Shown here piece by piece: positions 8,926-16,858 of a stretch of DNA of 64,000 nucleotides. The stretch is from Anaerolineae bacterium. GTDB lineage: Bacteria > Chloroflexota > Anaerolineae > JAKLPW01. The stretch spans positions 3,137-67,136 of the forward strand of contig JAKLPW010000138.1 in assembly GCA_022013675.1 (NCBI GenBank), read 5' to 3'. The notes beneath the pieces are model-generated. The model was not told where the DNA came from, ran no database searches, and was given only the letters and a program-made list of their open reading frames with translations. Made by a program: the position numbers and the translations under genes. Numbering within the stretch: the first letter of the stretch is position 1; each line of letters opens with the position of its first letter.

Positions 8926-9024
8926 AAACTTCGGAAATCTTCCGCGCGACACCGTTCAAACAGAATCTAGTTTGTCCCGACTAGAATGTGGACACCTTGC
9001 ACATGCGATAGACTTCCGAAGTCT
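8926..9024. repeat. Paired-palindrome element (degenerate AAACTTCGGAAATCT at 8926-8940; AGACTTCCGAAGTCT at 9010-9024)
   Basis: Same geometry as 4546-4647 (84-bp spacing). Lies in the 8819-9054 gap. Confidence 0.75.
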
Positions 9025-9054
9025 ACCTCGCGAGCCACCCCAGTTCTCTGTGCC

Positions 9055-10047
9055 TCAGTACCTCTGCCCCCGGGCGTAATCCACAATTGCCCAGACAATT
9101 CCCAGCCCGGAAACGAAAAGATTCAACGGAAGGAACAAGCAACTTCGCAGCAGAAACCACTTCCCTCTCAGTTTCCCCATGAAACCCAGAAATGGCCAGT
9201 TCAAAGCCACGAGCATCACGTAAGCCCCTAGAGCGGGAAGCAGCCAAACCGGCAGCCAGGATGCCAGCGCGAACAGAGCGAACAGAACGATCAATCCAGC
9301 CAGAGGAACTCCTAAGGTAAAGAACCAGGGCACTGAGGCCCAATGCTTGCGCCCGGTACGTCCTAGCTTGTTGCGCAGAAAGGTCATGAACAGACCCCTC
9401 GAACGCTGCAGGTCGCACTTCAGCAGACCCCAGAATCCATAGTGTTTCACGTGCTCCACTGTCAAGCGCTGATCCAGGAAGACCTTGCAGCCACCGGTAA
9501 GCAACCGCTGTCCGAACTCAATGTCTTCAGTAACACTGGCACCCAGGTAGTGTTCATCGAACGCCCCCATGGCCAGAAGGCTCTTCCGACGAATGGAGGC
9601 CACACTGGTGAAGAACAGGCCCACGTACTTAGGTTGTCGGCGGTAAGTATAATGCATCCAAAGGTTCTTGAACTGACTGCAAAAGTTGGCATAGCGTAGC
9701 CGGTGGCCCAAAAGACCCACGACCCCAATCAGAGCATCATCCTGGAAATCCTCGGCGATAGTGCGAAGAGTATCGGGCTGGATGATCACATCGGCATCTG
9801 TGAAGAAGATGATCTCGCCATAGGCCGCCAGAGCACCTTCATTCTTGGCCCAGGCCGCTCCCTTATTGACGGGTTGGCTCATGATTCGGCAAGGATAGCG
9901 CTCCGCGATCGCGCGGCTCTCATCAGTTGAGGCATCATCCACTACTATGACGTCATAATCGCTGTAGTCGGACGCGTAGATAGCTTCGAGACATTCAGCT
10001 AGCGTCTTGGCCCCGTTGTAGACCGGGATTACGACCGAGATGTGCAT
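9055..10047 (-). CDS. GT2 glycosyltransferase with C-terminal transmembrane region
   Basis: MHISVVIPVYNGAKTL...VIVVDDASTDES...FFTDADVI; the C-terminal third is hydrophobic. The track start at 10074 is GTG. ATG at 10047 is preceded by gggaagga and gives the canonical short N-terminus. Confidence 0.8.
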   Translation of the reverse strand: MHISVVIPVYNGAKTLAECLEAIYASDYSDYDVIVVDDASTDESRAIAERYPCRIMSQPVNKGAAWAKNEGALAAYGEIIFFTDADVIIQPDTLRTIAEDFQDDALIGVVGLLGHRLRYANFCSQFKNLWMHYTYRRQPKYVGLFFTSVASIRRKSLLAMGAFDEHYLGASVTEDIEFGQRLLTGGCKVFLDQRLTVEHVKHYGFWGLLKCDLQRSRGLFMTFLRNKLGRTGRKHWASVPWFFTLGVPLAGLIVLFALFALASWLPVWLLPALGAYVMLVALNWPFLGFMGKLRGKWFLLRSCLFLPLNLFVSGLGIVWAIVDYARGQRY

Positions 10048-10172
10048 AATCCTTCCCTGGGAATCATTTCGCACTGCGCGCGCATATCAACCCTGTGCAT
10101 TATACTACACCAATCTGAACGAGAAGTGAAAATGGCCAAGGCCGGTATTACAATATCTTCATACCTTCGTCC

Positions 10173-10327
10173 CGTTGGACGAGCCTCTTGTATTGGGCTC
10201 TTCGAGGTCTCCTGACCGAGTCCAAGGTCTACATACTCGGTCAGGAGACCTCGTCCATCTGAGGTCAGGAGATCTTCGTCCATCCGAGGTCAGGAGATCT
10301 TCATCCATCCGAGAGAGATGATCCTCA
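10173..10327. repeat. Array B: one forward GGTCTCCTGACC unit, a perfect 18-bp inverted repeat (10203-10220 / 10236-10253), then 3 x ~25-bp reverse-oriented units
   Basis: cgaggtctcctgaccgag ...15 nt... ctcggtcaggagacctcg. Then tccatc(t/c)gaggtcaggagatcttc(g/a) at 10254 and 10279, with a degenerate copy at 10304. The array ends at the stop codon of 10328-11002. Confidence 0.9.
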
Positions 10328-11002
10328 TCACTTCTCCCCCCGGCGACGGACCACACAGGCCGGCATACCCACCGCTATGCTATAGGGCGGGATGTCCTTC
10401 GTGACCACGGCCCCGGCCCCGATAATCGCCCCGCGCCCTATGGTAACGCCGTTCAACACGATGACACCTGCCCCCAGCCACACGTCGTCCTCTATGATAA
10501 TATCCCCCCTGGTGGTTATGGGCTGCGAACGAATAGGAGCATCTAGATCATCGAACCCGTGCTCGTAGGGGCTGAAGACACAGTGAGGCGCAATCTGCAC
10601 ATCCTTGCCGATGTGCAGGCTGCCCAGAAAACCCTTGAGATTGCAGGGCCCCTGTACGTGAGTGCCGTCGCCGATGGTGACGGAACCCTTGTGCCCGGTC
10701 TCCACATTGGTACCTCTATAGAGATGAACACCCCGACCCAAGACGATGCGCCCGCCGTGAGGGTGAGCGAAGATCGTCACGAAGTCGTCTACGAAACTTT
10801 GTGGCCCGATCTCCAACTCACAAGCCATGATCTGGGCCTTGGGTGAGATGTACGGCTTCTCTGTCAGATGGGCCAGGATACGCTTGTCCTTGTATGGCCC
10901 GCGTAGGGAACCGGCGATGCACATGCAAAGCCGACCAATGATCGGCCGGTCCGACAATCGCATGCAGATTACCATGATCGCTCGTTTCAGTCTCCACTTC
11001 AT
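10328..11002 (-). CDS. Left-handed beta-helix (hexapeptide repeat) acyl/acetyltransferase
   Basis: C-terminal IIIEDDVWLGAGVIVLNGVTIGRGAIIGAGAVVTKDIPPYSIAVGMPA. The track ORF extends to 11491, but that extension overlaps the epimerase gene out of frame. ATG at 11002 (MKWRLKRAIM) lies 11 nt after the upstream stop. Confidence 0.8.
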   Translation of the reverse strand: MKWRLKRAIMVICMRLSDRPIIGRLCMCIAGSLRGPYKDKRILAHLTEKPYISPKAQIMACELEIGPQSFVDDFVTIFAHPHGGRIVLGRGVHLYRGTNVETGHKGSVTIGDGTHVQGPCNLKGFLGSLHIGKDVQIAPHCVFSPYEHGFDDLDAPIRSQPITTRGDIIIEDDVWLGAGVIVLNGVTIGRGAIIGAGAVVTKDIPPYSIAVGMPACVVRRRGEK

Positions 11003-11013
11003 GAGTATACCCT

Positions 11014-11994
11014 CTAAACGTACCCATTCTCCCGAAACCACTGGACAGCTTGCGCAAAGGCATTCTCCAAGGGCGTCTGCGGCAGCCCTAGTTCCTCGAT
11101 GGCCCTGGACGGATCGCACGTCAACGCCACGGGACGATGTCCTGCTTGCGCCGGCGCAGGTTTCTTTGCTGTTAGCAGCAAGCGCCGCACCTTCGCCCTG
11201 GCGCGAGTCCCGACACTGGCCTTCGCTACCCGAGGCGGAGCAACATCCGAGACTTCTTCCATTAGTCTCAGGAAATCCGCTAGCGCGAGATTCCCATTTA
11301 CATTTCCCAGGATGTAGCGATGACCGATGGCACCCTGCTGTGCAGCCAGGATGTGCCCCCTCGCCACGTCTTCGACCGCAACAAAATTGATTCCTCCAGG
11401 CGCGAAAGAGGGCATCTTCCCTCGCAAATAGTTCACAATGCGCTGTCCGGTGCTGGTCGGCTTGATGTCCCGAGGACCAATGGGCGCACAAGGGTTCACA
11501 ACCACTATCGGGTACCCTTTCTCCCCCAACACAAGAGCCTCGGTCTCAGCCAAAAACTTCGACCGAGCGTAATGGCTGGCCGTGTCCCACAGATTGAATT
11601 CGGTGTCCTCGGTGGGAAGGCTATCGTCTTCAGGCCGACCTATAGTGCCGATGGTGCTGGTGTAGACTATCTTGCTGGCTCCCGCTTCCAGTGCCAGGTT
11701 CAGCACTTTCTTGGTTCCTCGGACGTTCACATCATACATGAAAGGAGCGTCCTCCTCGCAGGTACTATAAAAGCCGGCCACATGATAGACCACATCACAT
11801 TCGCAGAGTCCCTGACGCAAAGCCTCCTCATCCAGCACATCTCCGCACACCGTCTCCACATCCAAGCCTTCCAGGTTACGCAAGCTGCTGGTAGCTCGAA
11901 CCAGCACTCGCACCCGCACGCCATCGTTGAGCAGCTCGCGCACCAGCGCCGATCCCACAAAGCCCGTCGCTCCAGTTACGAATGCTCTCTTCAT
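11014..11994 (-). CDS. NAD-dependent SDR epimerase/dehydratase (HpnA/dihydroflavonol-reductase-like)
   Basis: MKRAFVTGATGFVGSALVRELL (GxxGxxG). The start ATG (11994) overlaps the TGA (11991-11993) of the upstream radical SAM gene as ATGA. The longer track ORF is an out-of-frame overlap artefact. Confidence 0.8.
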   Translation of the reverse strand: MKRAFVTGATGFVGSALVRELLNDGVRVRVLVRATSSLRNLEGLDVETVCGDVLDEEALRQGLCECDVVYHVAGFYSTCEEDAPFMYDVNVRGTKKVLNLALEAGASKIVYTSTIGTIGRPEDDSLPTEDTEFNLWDTASHYARSKFLAETEALVLGEKGYPIVVVNPCAPIGPRDIKPTSTGQRIVNYLRGKMPSFAPGGINFVAVEDVARGHILAAQQGAIGHRYILGNVNGNLALADFLRLMEEVSDVAPPRVAKASVGTRARAKVRRLLLTAKKPAPAQAGHRPVALTCDPSRAIEELGLPQTPLENAFAQAVQWFRENGYV

Positions 11995-13343
11995 GCTTGC
12001 TTCCACCGCCTCTTCAGGCGACTCAGAAGTGTCACCAACCTGCCTCGCCGTGGAGAAGCCCCCGCCTGCTCCAGCTCCTCCTTCAGCTCCAAGAAGGGAA
12101 TCATCTGGCGTTGTACTGACTCCTCGTCCGCCGGACTGATCTCTTGTTCCCACCGTGCCCCAGGATAGTGCTCCAGAGCCTTAACACCCAGGGCCATGGG
12201 CGACATGCGCCGTAACTGGACCAGAGTGTCAGCCACGGCGGAGTCCCCTTGCCCGGGTAGACCCACCATAGCGAAGACCCGGCAACGTATGCCCGCTTCC
12301 CGACAGGCTCGCACCACCTCTGCCGTCTGGGCGACGTACTCCTCCCTCGTCTCATCAGGGCGGAGGCGATTCATTCTTCGCAGGACCTCCTCGCCGGTGG
12401 TCTCCAGTCCGATCTTGATCCAACCACAGCCAGCCTCTTTCATCTGCCTCAGTAGGTCAGCGTCGAAGTGTTCCGGGCGGGACTCGCACTCCCAGGTGAA
12501 TCGCGAGCCTGCGCCCAACTCGGGGCGCTCCCGAATCTCAGCACAGATATCCAGCACCCGCTGTCGATCACGAGCGAAGACCGGATCCCGAAACACCACC
12601 CTCCGAGGTGCGTAGCGCTCCACTAACCAGGACAACTCGGCGACCACGCTCGAAGCCGAACGGGGACGGAAACGATGGCCCTGCGCTGCCACGTAAGGGC
12701 AATAGGCGCAGAGATCGTCACAGCCCCGGCTGCCCATGATGCTCAGGAAGCGATACTTGCGCCACGGAAGCAGGTCCCAAGCTGGATAGGGAACGGCATC
12801 CAGATCGAGAATCCAGCCGTCAACGTCACAGCCCACGACACTCAGATCGGGAGCCCTGAGCAGAGAGGAAAGCGAATCTCCACCCGCCAGGCACCTGCAA
12901 GCAGCCGGGAACAGTGATTCTGGCTCCCCTACGAGCACTGTCGTTGCCTCCCCTTGCTCCAGCACCTCAGAGCCAACGAATCGCATGGCCGGCCCAAAAG
13001 CGATGATATAGGCGTCGGTACACGCTCGCCGCAACCGCCGCAGCATCCCAATGTCCACATCGAGAGTAGCATGAGAAACGAAGACTCCGATGATCTGGAA
13101 TCCCTCCCTCGATGCATAGTCAGCGAGCGCCTTCGCATCCAATCCCTCCACAACGGCATCTATAAGTTCTAGTGCCCAGCCCTCCTGGCGCAGCACCGCT
13201 ACTACCGTAGCAAGGGTATGGGGAGGATAGAGAAAGGCCCCCTCGTAAGGGTATACGTTACCCAAACCGGCGGATCCCTCGCGGTTGGCCGTGGTACCCG
13301 GTTCGCTAGGTGGATTGATTAGCAGCACTCGTCCGGATTTCAT
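11991..13343 (-). CDS. B12-binding-domain (class B) radical SAM enzyme
   Basis: N-terminal Rossmann-like VLLINPP...IIGVFVSHATL...; SIMGSRGCDDLCAYCPY (CxxxCxxC). Confidence 0.8.
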   Translation of the reverse strand: MKSGRVLLINPPSEPGTTANREGSAGLGNVYPYEGAFLYPPHTLATVVAVLRQEGWALELIDAVVEGLDAKALADYASREGFQIIGVFVSHATLDVDIGMLRRLRRACTDAYIIAFGPAMRFVGSEVLEQGEATTVLVGEPESLFPAACRCLAGGDSLSSLLRAPDLSVVGCDVDGWILDLDAVPYPAWDLLPWRKYRFLSIMGSRGCDDLCAYCPYVAAQGHRFRPRSASSVVAELSWLVERYAPRRVVFRDPVFARDRQRVLDICAEIRERPELGAGSRFTWECESRPEHFDADLLRQMKEAGCGWIKIGLETTGEEVLRRMNRLRPDETREEYVAQTAEVVRACREAGIRCRVFAMVGLPGQGDSAVADTLVQLRRMSPMALGVKALEHYPGARWEQEISPADEESVQRQMIPFLELKEELEQAGASPRRGRLVTLLSRLKRRWKQA

Positions 13344-13404
13344 ATTGCTCCCTGACCAGCAGATGCGCTCCGCTGTTCATTCTCAGACGCCTATCCCGTG
13401 CCGA

Positions 13405-15099
13405 TCACTTGATCCGGTAGACGACCGTCAGACCCTTCTCGTCGCGATACTCATAAGCCAGATCCAGATCATCAGGAGGCTGGCCCGTGTTCAACAGGAA
13501 TCCCAGTTGAGGCCGCAGAACCGTCAACTCCCACTCGTCCGCCACCAGATAAGCGGCTCCGTGCGAGCGCGCGTAGCCGATGTAGCGCTCATACTCCGCG
13601 TGGGGCGAGGGCACCCAGTCCCGCTCGGCATACACCGCAATGGAAAGGTCGCGGGCCATGATAATAGCATCAGACGGGATGTTCTCCTGCATCCATAGCC
13701 CAACATCTCGGCGCGCGAAGTTAGTGACCTCTAGCCCATCGCGCACAGCCAAGGGCTGCATCAAGAGGAAGTAGAGCACTACCAGCACCGAGGGCGTCCA
13801 AAGAGCGAACCTCTGCCACCGATCCGCCCGCTTATCCAGCAGATTCTTCAGAGTTGTTGCGAGCCAATCTCCTAGCCAAACCAGGCCGTGCGCCGTCCAG
13901 AGCAGCAGAGCCGGGAACACCGGGGAGAAGAAACGGAGCTCGATGTGGAAAGGAAGAAAGGAAAGCACCGGAGCCATACAGAGCGTCATGAAAACTTCAT
14001 CTATCGCCCGCTCTCGATCCCACGCAACCCCAAAGAGACCCAGGAACACCGGGATCAGCAGATAGGTGGAAAAGGACGTCCTCCTCAAGAACCGCTCCTT
14101 CAACGTACGCGCGTTGGACGCAATGCGCTGCAGGAAAGCCGCCGGGTCACGGAGGATCAAGTCCTGGAGACTTACCTCGAAGCGTTCCTGGGAGAACCAG
14201 ATGATCTCCTTCCCTTCACTGTCCAGGCTTGCAGTAACGCGATCATACTCCGCGGGGTCTTTGTCGACCACGGCGGCCCCGATCTCGTAAGTCACGCCCA
14301 GCTTGCCTGTCACCGTCCATTGTCCGGTGTGGCGATGCAGGTATAGCATATATGGGAGGGTCACCAGCACGAACACCCCAACGAACAGGAGCAGTCCCAT
14401 CAAGGTGTGGCGAACGAACAGACTGCGTCTGATCGCCTTGAGCACGACAATGAAAACTAGCATCACAGCCGCATAGGTGATACCCTCAGGACGGGTCAGG
14501 TAGGCCAGCGAGAAAAGCCCCCCGGCCATGGCGTAGCAAGCGAGGGAGTCATCGAAGGCCGCCCGCAGGACAGCAAACAGCCCACTGTAGATCAGGAGAA
14601 TATAGAGAGGCTCGGACATGGTACCCCAATACTGCACGCTGGTGGTCAAAGCGGGCAGGACGGCCAGCAAACAGATAGCAACGGTCGTGACACGTCTTCC
14701 GTAGATACGACGGCCAATACCGTAGACAGGGACAAGGAGCAAGGAGCCACATATGATGTTCACCACCTCGCTGCCTGCTTCCAGATTATGGATGAGCAGT
14801 CCCACAGCAGCACTGAGGATGGGGAAAAGCGGCGTATAGTGCAGTTCGGGATAGCCTGAGGTGGTGAAGCCTCTCCTGGTGAGCAGATTCACTCCCAGGC
14901 GCAGGTAGTCCGGCTCATCCCATTTGATTACCCTGTCAGCCAGCACGGAAATCAGCACTCGGACCACAAAGGCTGCCAGGACGATAGCCGCCAGGGTCCA
15001 GACCTCATGCTTGTCTGCGACTTGCTTGTCTGCGACTTGCTTGTCTGCGACTTGCTTGTCTGCGACTTGCTTCTCATTGACGGCCGTTTCACTAACCAT
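13405..15099 (-). CDS. GT39/GT83-like (PMT/ArnT-type) GT-C membrane glycosyltransferase with N-terminal VADKQ repeat
   Basis: KWDEPDYLRLGVNLL...HYTPLFPIL...PVYGIGRRIYG, which is the typical first-loop DE motif region. Polytopic with a C-terminal soluble domain. Paralog of 18525-20201. Confidence 0.7.
   Translation of the reverse strand: MVSETAVNEKQVADKQVADKQVADKQVADKHEVWTLAAIVLAAFVVRVLISVLADRVIKWDEPDYLRLGVNLLTRRGFTTSGYPELHYTPLFPILSAAVGLLIHNLEAGSEVVNIICGSLLLVPVYGIGRRIYGRRVTTVAICLLAVLPALTTSVQYWGTMSEPLYILLIYSGLFAVLRAAFDDSLACYAMAGGLFSLAYLTRPEGITYAAVMLVFIVVLKAIRRSLFVRHTLMGLLLFVGVFVLVTLPYMLYLHRHTGQWTVTGKLGVTYEIGAAVVDKDPAEYDRVTASLDSEGKEIIWFSQERFEVSLQDLILRDPAAFLQRIASNARTLKERFLRRTSFSTYLLIPVFLGLFGVAWDRERAIDEVFMTLCMAPVLSFLPFHIELRFFSPVFPALLLWTAHGLVWLGDWLATTLKNLLDKRADRWQRFALWTPSVLVVLYFLLMQPLAVRDGLEVTNFARRDVGLWMQENIPSDAIIMARDLSIAVYAERDWVPSPHAEYERYIGYARSHGAAYLVADEWELTVLRPQLGFLLNTGQPPDDLDLAYEYRDEKGLTVVYRIK
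15008..15073. repeat. In-frame 15-bp tandem repeat (4 copies plus a partial) encoding (VADKQ)n
   Basis: tgcttgtctgcgact repeated at 15008, 15023, 15038 and 15053, inside the 5' end of CDS 13405-15099. Confidence 0.9.
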
Positions 15100-15135
15100 C
15101 TACTTCAACGCCTCCAGATCCATCATCATCAAATC

Positions 15136-15287
15136 GCCAGGCTTCGCAGCGCTAGACTTCGGAGCGCCAGACTTCGGAAGTCTTCACAATCCGGCCCTGA
15201 ACAGTATGCAATCCGATACTCAATAGACTTCCGAAGTCTTTCCGACCTCGCCACACCAGACCTGCGCGCGATAGACTTCCGAAGTCT
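15136..15287. repeat. Cluster of AGACTTC-N-GAAGTCT palindromes plus 3 x 15-bp half-site tandem
   Basis: gccaggcttcgcagc / gctagacttcggagc / gccagacttcggaag(tct) at 15136-15183. Full palindromes at 15169-15183, 15225-15239 and 15273-15287. Confidence 0.85.
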
Positions 15288-16833
15288 CTCTCCCACCAAC
15301 CGCCCCTGCGACAAGCGTCCCAACCCGCCAGGGGATATCGCGAGGGTGAAGTACATCAATGGGAGAAGATAGGGCAAGGTATGCTATCAGCAAGATGATC
15401 ACAAACGTGCCCAGCACCAGAGAACGATCCTCTACCGGCTTCTTACGCATCGCGTAGATGATGTATCCTGCCAGAGTCCCCAATCCCAAGGCCCCAAGCG
15501 GTACAAGCAGGCTCTCCCTTGATCCCCAGCCCCAGCGAACGTGACCCATGGTGGGGATGTAGCACTCTGGGCACTTCCATGCAGAAGGCCACCAGTACTG
15601 CATCAACGGGTTGGCGATCTTCTCGGAGACCTGCGGATTCAAAGCAGTAATGAGAATCATGGCCCCGACGCTGTACAGCGCCAATGGCACGAAAAGCCAA
15701 CGCAGGCCCCTGGGCAGGAAAAGCAAGGGCACGACTACAAAGGGAAGGATGGGAATCAATCGCCGAGGCCCCGGGCTGGTCCCACCCATGGGATTAGGAA
15801 CCACCCAGCTAGCGTTGAACACCAGAAACAGTAGCGCCACCGCGATGAAGAAAAGCGCCTCCCGGCGGTAGGTCTTGTCCCGAATCATGACCCCGAGACC
15901 CACGGGAACCAGCAGCAAGACGGGCGATTGAACGAACAATCCCTTGGCCCCAAAGGTTATCGCCCAGAGAGCTGAAAGGCTCAGCTTGAAGGCCCCCAGA
16001 ACCCCCGACTGGAAAAACCGTCCCCAGGTAACGTGATACTCATAGCCAAACTCCAGCGGATTTCCAAAGCGCACATAGTTATAGTACGCAAGACCCCCTA
16101 TCAACGGCAGGCCTCCGATGAGATAGCGTGCCACGGCCCGCCGGGTCTCGCGAAAGGCCAGGATGTAGAAGAAAAGAGCCAATCCGATAAGAGCCGTCTG
16201 ATACTCCGTGACAATGGCCAATCCCATCAGAAAACCCGCCAAGGAAAGGTTGACGCGGTCCTCCCGACCACAGCGGATCATGAAGACGGTATAGAAAGCG
16301 GCGAAAGCAAAGAGGGCCGCCGTAACGTGCGCGTAGTAGAGCGTAGAGAACGGCAGCACTAAGGTCCCCAGACCACAAGCCACAACGATGAGAGACGGCA
16401 GGATGGTCGCCCCACGTAGCATCTTGAGAAAACGGTAGAGAAAAACAGCCAGGAGAGCGGATGGACCCGCCACGGTGAAGGCCGTCAGCAAATAGAGCCA
16501 GTAGCGCGTGATGGTGGGCGATGCCGCCGAGGCCTGGACCTCGATATTGCGCCCCAGTCCTTGCAGACGATCCATAGCATAGTACACCCCAACGCCCAGG
16601 GCCGAGAGCCCAGGAGCGCTGTAGCTGTAATAGTGATCGCCGTATCTCCCCTTGTCTTCCGTGTTTTGATGATAGCTATCAATGTGCGCCTCCTGATCAC
16701 GGGCCAGGGAGAGAGTCAGGTCCAGGCGTGCATTCTGGCTCCATCCTGCCTCCTGGATGAAGTAGGTGTAGAAAGTAAGTAAGACGATGAACAGAAGGAA
16801 CTCTTTCTTACCTCTCAATCGATCGGCAATCAT
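15220..16833 (-). CDS. Polytopic membrane protein, GT-C-like glycosyltransferase candidate (unclassified)
   Basis: 537 aa, ATG start, hydrophobic throughout. The N-terminal loop is NARLDLTLSLARDQEAHIDSYHQNTEDKGRYGDHYYSYSAPGLS. The last ~25 codons run through the palindrome repeats (..TSEVYRAQVWCGEVGKTSEVY), so the true C-terminus is uncertain. Confidence 0.5.
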   Translation of the reverse strand: MIADRLRGKKEFLLFIVLLTFYTYFIQEAGWSQNARLDLTLSLARDQEAHIDSYHQNTEDKGRYGDHYYSYSAPGLSALGVGVYYAMDRLQGLGRNIEVQASAASPTITRYWLYLLTAFTVAGPSALLAVFLYRFLKMLRGATILPSLIVVACGLGTLVLPFSTLYYAHVTAALFAFAAFYTVFMIRCGREDRVNLSLAGFLMGLAIVTEYQTALIGLALFFYILAFRETRRAVARYLIGGLPLIGGLAYYNYVRFGNPLEFGYEYHVTWGRFFQSGVLGAFKLSLSALWAITFGAKGLFVQSPVLLLVPVGLGVMIRDKTYRREALFFIAVALLFLVFNASWVVPNPMGGTSPGPRRLIPILPFVVVPLLFLPRGLRWLFVPLALYSVGAMILITALNPQVSEKIANPLMQYWWPSAWKCPECYIPTMGHVRWGWGSRESLLVPLGALGLGTLAGYIIYAMRKKPVEDRSLVLGTFVIILLIAYLALSSPIDVLHPRDIPWRVGTLVAGAVGGRETSEVYRAQVWCGEVGKTSEVY

Positions 16834-16858
16834 GTTCGCCTCCTACTCCCAACCACCG

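Noticed and set aside
10328-11491. N-terminal extensions of track ORFs: 10328-11491, 11014-12153, 18525-20309, 38750-40543, 55216-56292, 56232-57707, 20763-22049, 52859-53566 and 48493-52809.
   Set aside because: The extensions overlap the preceding gene out of frame or run through repeat units, and several begin at GTG/TTG. Internal ATGs give canonical family N-termini (for example MKRAFVTGATGFVG, MRILIVDDD, MHDLAIVIVNYN), often with a Shine-Dalgarno-like purine run 5-9 nt upstream.
11014-13343. Hopanoid-modification locus (HpnA-like epimerase next to a B12 radical SAM enzyme, cf. HpnP/HpnR methylases).
   Set aside because: No squalene-hopene cyclase or HpnH/G/I/J/K-type genes are in the window, and the context is entirely glycosyltransferases. 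I kept it only as a side remark.
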